64,000 bases of DNA, taken from NCBI GenBank assembly GCA_963665665.1, contig OY762428.1:3040001-3104000 (forward strand), given 5' to 3'. Positions 60,493 through 64,000 of this stretch are shown here, piece after piece. This DNA is from Candidatus Kapaibacterium sp. (GTDB lineage Bacteria; Bacteroidota; Ignavibacteria; Kapaibacteriales; UBA2268). The notes below the pieces were generated by a model. It was not told the origin of the DNA. It worked only from the letters and a program-made list of their open reading frames with translations, and ran no database searches. The first letter of the stretch is position 1; each line of letters begins with the position of its first letter. Made by a program: the position numbers and the translations under genes.

Positions 60493-61350
60493 ATGAAATT
60501 ATCAGAAATAAAAATCCTTCTGGCTTTTGTTGCAGCAGGATGTATGCTCTCAGGTTGTTCTGCCGTACAGTACCCGAGTACTATGGCAGAAGAAATTGTT
60601 GTGGACGGCAAACAGAACGACTGGTCAGGCAGTATGACTTATTTTGAAGACCCCGGGCTGATGCTGGGTATAAAGAACGATTCGGAATATTTATATATTT
60701 GTATGAGCAGTGGCAGCAGTGAAATATCAAAGCAAATCATTATGGGAGGTTTGATATTCTGGATTGATCCCGACGGCGGAAGTGATAAATTCAAGGGTAT
60801 CCGGTTTCCGCTTGGTATGGCCGGAAACAAAGCGGGCATGAGGGAAATGAAAGATATGAGACAATCAGGGATTAATGGAAATCCGGGATCAATGGAAAGG
60901 CCCGGCGAAATGAATGGTGCAGATAGAAAAAAAATGTTGGATATGATGGGCGGACGCCTGAAAATTATCAGAAGTGAGCCTGAAGAAGAATTTGTTCTGG
61001 ATATAAGTGAAGTATCAGGCGTGGAAGCAATGATTGGCGACGATAGCGGAGTATTTACAATTGAATTGAAAATTCCATTGCAAAGAAGCGAAATTAATAT
61101 GTTTGCAGCCGGAGTTGAACCTGGCGGCAAGCTGGGTTTGGGGCTTTGTACTCCAGAATTTGAAAGGCCTTCAATGTCCGGCAGCCGTGGCGGTGGCGGC
61201 GGAATGCGCCCCGGCGGTGGTATGGGCGGAATGTCCGGTGGCCGGGGAGGCGGTGGCGGAATGCGCCCCGGCGGAGGAATGCGGGCGGGAAGTTTCAGCC
61301 AGCCTGAGGAAATTGATATCTGGCTGGAAGTAAGTTTGGCTAAGAACTAA
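60493..61350 (+). CDS. Lipoprotein with a carbohydrate-binding-like fold and Gly-rich insertions
   Basis: LSGC lipobox; IVVDG..DW, ND..YLY, ELKIPL; GGGGGMRPGGGM twice. Confidence 0.75.
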   Translation: MKLSEIKILLAFVAAGCMLSGCSAVQYPSTMAEEIVVDGKQNDWSGSMTYFEDPGLMLGIKNDSEYLYICMSSGSSEISKQIIMGGLIFWIDPDGGSDKFKGIRFPLGMAGNKAGMREMKDMRQSGINGNPGSMERPGEMNGADRKKMLDMMGGRLKIIRSEPEEEFVLDISEVSGVEAMIGDDSGVFTIELKIPLQRSEINMFAAGVEPGGKLGLGLCTPEFERPSMSGSRGGGGGMRPGGGMGGMSGGRGGGGGMRPGGGMRAGSFSQPEEIDIWLEVSLAKN

Positions 61351-61356
61351 ATCAAT

Positions 61357-61390
61357 AAACAAGGCTGCCTGAAAAGACAGCCTTGTTTTT
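61357..61390. terminator. Bidirectional terminator
   Basis: AAACAAGGCTG-N11-CAGCCTTGTTT between convergent genes. Confidence 0.82.
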
Positions 61391-61414
61391 GCTTTACCTC
61401 TCTGAAATTCAATT

Positions 61415-62023
61415 TTAAAAGTAGAAGTTATAGAAAACAACTATACCGGTAGTTTCATGCCCGTATTCTTCAGGAATGCTAATTGATATAAAGCCGGATA
61501 TTTTTTTCAGGTCATAATCAGTTTGCAGGAAAATGTTCGACATAAGCTGTGTTCCCTTGTACTCATAGGTGAAATTGCTGCTGTCTTCAATCATGCTTAA
61601 CGAACTCCAGCGCCCGCTGTTCCTTGGCTGGCTGAGCGATTCAACGCCATCAATCTTCGATGAATCAAGTTCAACTCTGAACGAGCTGACTCTGTCCATT
61701 CTATTGCCGAATATATTTGCAGGCAGAGGGCTTTCAATTTCCAGGTCAATCCATAATCCTGGCTGTGCAAGGCTTGTATCCATAAATACATCGGATTTGT
61801 TGATATTATTTGGCCTCATCCATTCGTACTGTAATTCGCCGTCGGCATAAAGTTCCATTACCTGCCAGTAAACACTGTCAATACGGAATTTGGTATCAGC
61901 AGGAGTAGTTGTGTCGCCAGGGTTCAGTACTGTTTTCTTCACATAAGGGTCAATTGTGGAAGCCTCCTCGCAGCTGACAACAAGGAGTATAAAAGATATT
62001 GATATTATAATTTTTCTAATCAT
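61415..62023 (-). CDS. Hypothetical lipoprotein
   Basis: VVSC lipobox; third gene of the ECF operon. Confidence 0.7.
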   Translation of the reverse strand: MIRKIIISISFILLVVSCEEASTIDPYVKKTVLNPGDTTTPADTKFRIDSVYWQVMELYADGELQYEWMRPNNINKSDVFMDTSLAQPGLWIDLEIESPLPANIFGNRMDRVSSFRVELDSSKIDGVESLSQPRNSGRWSSLSMIEDSSNFTYEYKGTQLMSNIFLQTDYDLKKISGFISISIPEEYGHETTGIVVFYNFYF

Positions 62024-62030
62024 CGTATCC

Positions 62031-63296
62031 TCAGAATTTGAATATTACTCCGTAATGCAGGCCAAGTTTTTTTGAACTGTAGGAGTTTCCGTCATTCCTG
62101 TATTGCAGGTAGGAACCTTCAAGGCCTGCTTTAAAACCATAAGCCCGGGAAGGCCAGTAATTGAAACCAATCATAAACCTGCCAACAGGCCCTGCCTTAT
62201 TCACAGAGAGGCCGGTTTGAGCAAATGCAGAAATAATATTCTGGTACAATGGCAGGCTGTATTTCAATAGAAGGCCGCCGCTTAAATAATTCGTATTCTG
62301 CTCGTATGCATAAAATAAAGTATCTTCGTATCCTCTGAAGTTCTGGTAGAAGTATTCCTGCCTGACATCCAGGCCGATTTCGAAATTATTACCGAGATCG
62401 TAGAACAAAGTAAGGCCGGAATTATTAAAAATAGGATTGGTTGACTGATTTACTGTTTCTCCCGGAAAATTCCAATACTCGCTGCCCCTGAATTCCAATG
62501 CTAACCCGATTGGTACGCCGGATCCCGCATCTATGGATAGTGGGTGATAAGAAATAGTTCTGCCTGCAGGTAAAATCCCCTGGCTCGGGTAGCCCGTGTT
62601 TCGTTCAGGTTCTGATAGTCCGGGCCTTTGGTTTGAGGCAAGTATTATTGGATTATTGTCAGATTTATAAGAATTTTCATTTTTGTCGCTCACTTCAGAT
62701 AATATCGGAGCCCCGTATTTCCTGTAATATTCATCAACATCTATTGGCCGGTCAACATATTTAATAATTATTTTCGGATCAGCTGCCTGTTTTTCGGATT
62801 GGTCGTTTTCAATATTATCCGATGATACAATAACAGGAATGTTATTTCCTTTGCTGTTGCCGTCCTCGAAATCGGAAGGAGGATAGTTATAATAATCTGA
62901 AGCATATTCTTCATGCCCGGAGCTGCCGGTTCCGGAATTCATTAGAAGGAATACAACAATACCTGAAATCAGTGCGCTTGCAGCACTGCTAATAATGGTG
63001 TTAGAATATTTACCAAGCATTAATCCGAGACGATTCCAGAAGCTTCCTGCAGCAACGACATTTCCGGAGGTATTCTCAATACCAAGGGCTGCAAATATAT
63101 TACCGGTACTTTCCGGCCGGGGAGTAAATGCTTCGGCATCAAATTTCGGCATGGATTCGAACTCTATATATCGCTTCAGTTCGGATCTCAGTTCGGGATT
63201 GGCAGACATAGCATGGAAGAGTTTGTCTTCCATCTCTGTTGGCAGCTGGCCATCCACGAAGTCATGTAATAATGATATATTGTCCATTTTATTCAC
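62031..63296 (-). CDS. Putative anti-sigma factor with a C-terminal outer-membrane beta-barrel-like domain
   Basis: N-terminal LHDFVDGQL anti-sigma-like helix, one TM, low-complexity linker, amphipathic strands ending in F. Confidence 0.7.
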   Translation of the reverse strand: MNKMDNISLLHDFVDGQLPTEMEDKLFHAMSANPELRSELKRYIEFESMPKFDAEAFTPRPESTGNIFAALGIENTSGNVVAAGSFWNRLGLMLGKYSNTIISSAASALISGIVVFLLMNSGTGSSGHEEYASDYYNYPPSDFEDGNSKGNNIPVIVSSDNIENDQSEKQAADPKIIIKYVDRPIDVDEYYRKYGAPILSEVSDKNENSYKSDNNPIILASNQRPGLSEPERNTGYPSQGILPAGRTISYHPLSIDAGSGVPIGLALEFRGSEYWNFPGETVNQSTNPIFNNSGLTLFYDLGNNFEIGLDVRQEYFYQNFRGYEDTLFYAYEQNTNYLSGGLLLKYSLPLYQNIISAFAQTGLSVNKAGPVGRFMIGFNYWPSRAYGFKAGLEGSYLQYRNDGNSYSSKKLGLHYGVIFKF

Positions 63297-63312
63297 TTTT
63301 AATTAATCCTTC

Positions 63313-63879
63313 TCAATCAGATAAATCGTTGACATAGGGTTCCAAAATCTTTTTAATTTTTTCTTTTGCCCTGAAAACTCTTTTTCGTGCATTCTCGGGT
63401 GTGATTTCAAGTATTTCAGCAATTTCTTTATAATTCAAGCCATTATATATTCTTAATATTAATGGTTCTTTGTATTCAAAATCAAGCAGGGACATGGCAA
63501 ATTGCAAGAGTTTCTGGTTTTCTTCCCTGTCTCCCTGCTTATCAAAATCAAATATCTGATGATAATCTTCAAAAGGTACTGTCGGCTTTCTGTCTCTTTT
63601 AGAATTTAAGCAAAGATTTCTGGCTATTGTTATCAGGAAGCCTGCTGTTGTGCCGTTTGTATAGTCCGTTTTCACTTTCTGATAAAACCTGATAAAAGTA
63701 TCCTGGAAAATATCTTCGGCAAGGTCCGGGTCGGATAGCGTTTTCAGGCAATAAGCATGTATTCGGGCTGAATATCTGGAATAAATGTGCCTGAAAGCTT
63801 CATTGGATTCATCCTTGCTTCCGTTTTTCAGAATTTTTATCAATTCCTTATCATTATATGTGTTGAATTTTTTATTCAT
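63313..63879 (-). CDS. ECF RNA polymerase sigma-70 factor
   Basis: AEDIFQDTF, IARNLCLN, YKEIAEILEI...RVFRAK. Confidence 0.95.
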   Translation of the reverse strand: MNKKFNTYNDKELIKILKNGSKDESNEAFRHIYSRYSARIHAYCLKTLSDPDLAEDIFQDTFIRFYQKVKTDYTNGTTAGFLITIARNLCLNSKRDRKPTVPFEDYHQIFDFDKQGDREENQKLLQFAMSLLDFEYKEPLILRIYNGLNYKEIAEILEITPENARKRVFRAKEKIKKILEPYVNDLSD

Positions 63880-63913
63880 CTATCAGAAAACTTCCTACAA
63901 CTATTTATATAAA

Positions 63914-63940
63914 GTACACTGCAACAATAGGAATGTGACA
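63914..63940 (-). promoter_or_regulatory. Candidate autoregulatory ECF promoter
   Basis: TGTCAC-N16-TGTAC about 35 nt upstream of the sigma start. Confidence 0.5.
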
Positions 63941-64000
63941 AGATCCTGTAAATAATTTGTTCTGGCAATTCCAGGGATAATAATTATTGCAAAGCCCTGC

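Overview
A 64-kb chromosomal window from an FCB-group bacterium. T9SS C-terminal domains, SusC/SusD and a TTG-N20-TAnnTTTG promoter point to this group. Clear Shine-Dalgarno sites suggest a Kapabacteria/Ignavibacteria/Chlorobi-like lineage (inference). Most of the window is housekeeping or sensory: tRNA-His, guaB, lpxH, cobB, acpS, HU, bS22, PAS kinases, a SulP/two-component block and an ECF sigma factor. The highlight is a complete SynChlorMet-type RiPP cassette at 16.0-23.0 kb. It encodes a PqqD/RRE protein, two radical SAM/SPASM enzymes, an ABC exporter, an HPr-kinase-like ScmC and an S26 peptidase. It also carries three small ORFs with a YxxPxL/I leader and 5-6 CxxG repeats, which are strong candidates for the precursor peptides. 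A fourth paralogue, pseudogenised and missed by the ORF track, lies at 3239-3496 next to a GNAT gene. Other points of note are a candidate structured ncRNA and ECF-type promoters upstream of a giant T9SS protein, a pair of ferredoxin proteins resembling MinD-like COG1149 but lacking the P-loop, MITE-like elements wrapping REP hairpins, and a 2.7-kb repeat-dense region with two divergent 21-bp arrays around a very AT-rich spacer. All family assignments come from motif recognition by eye; no database searches were run.
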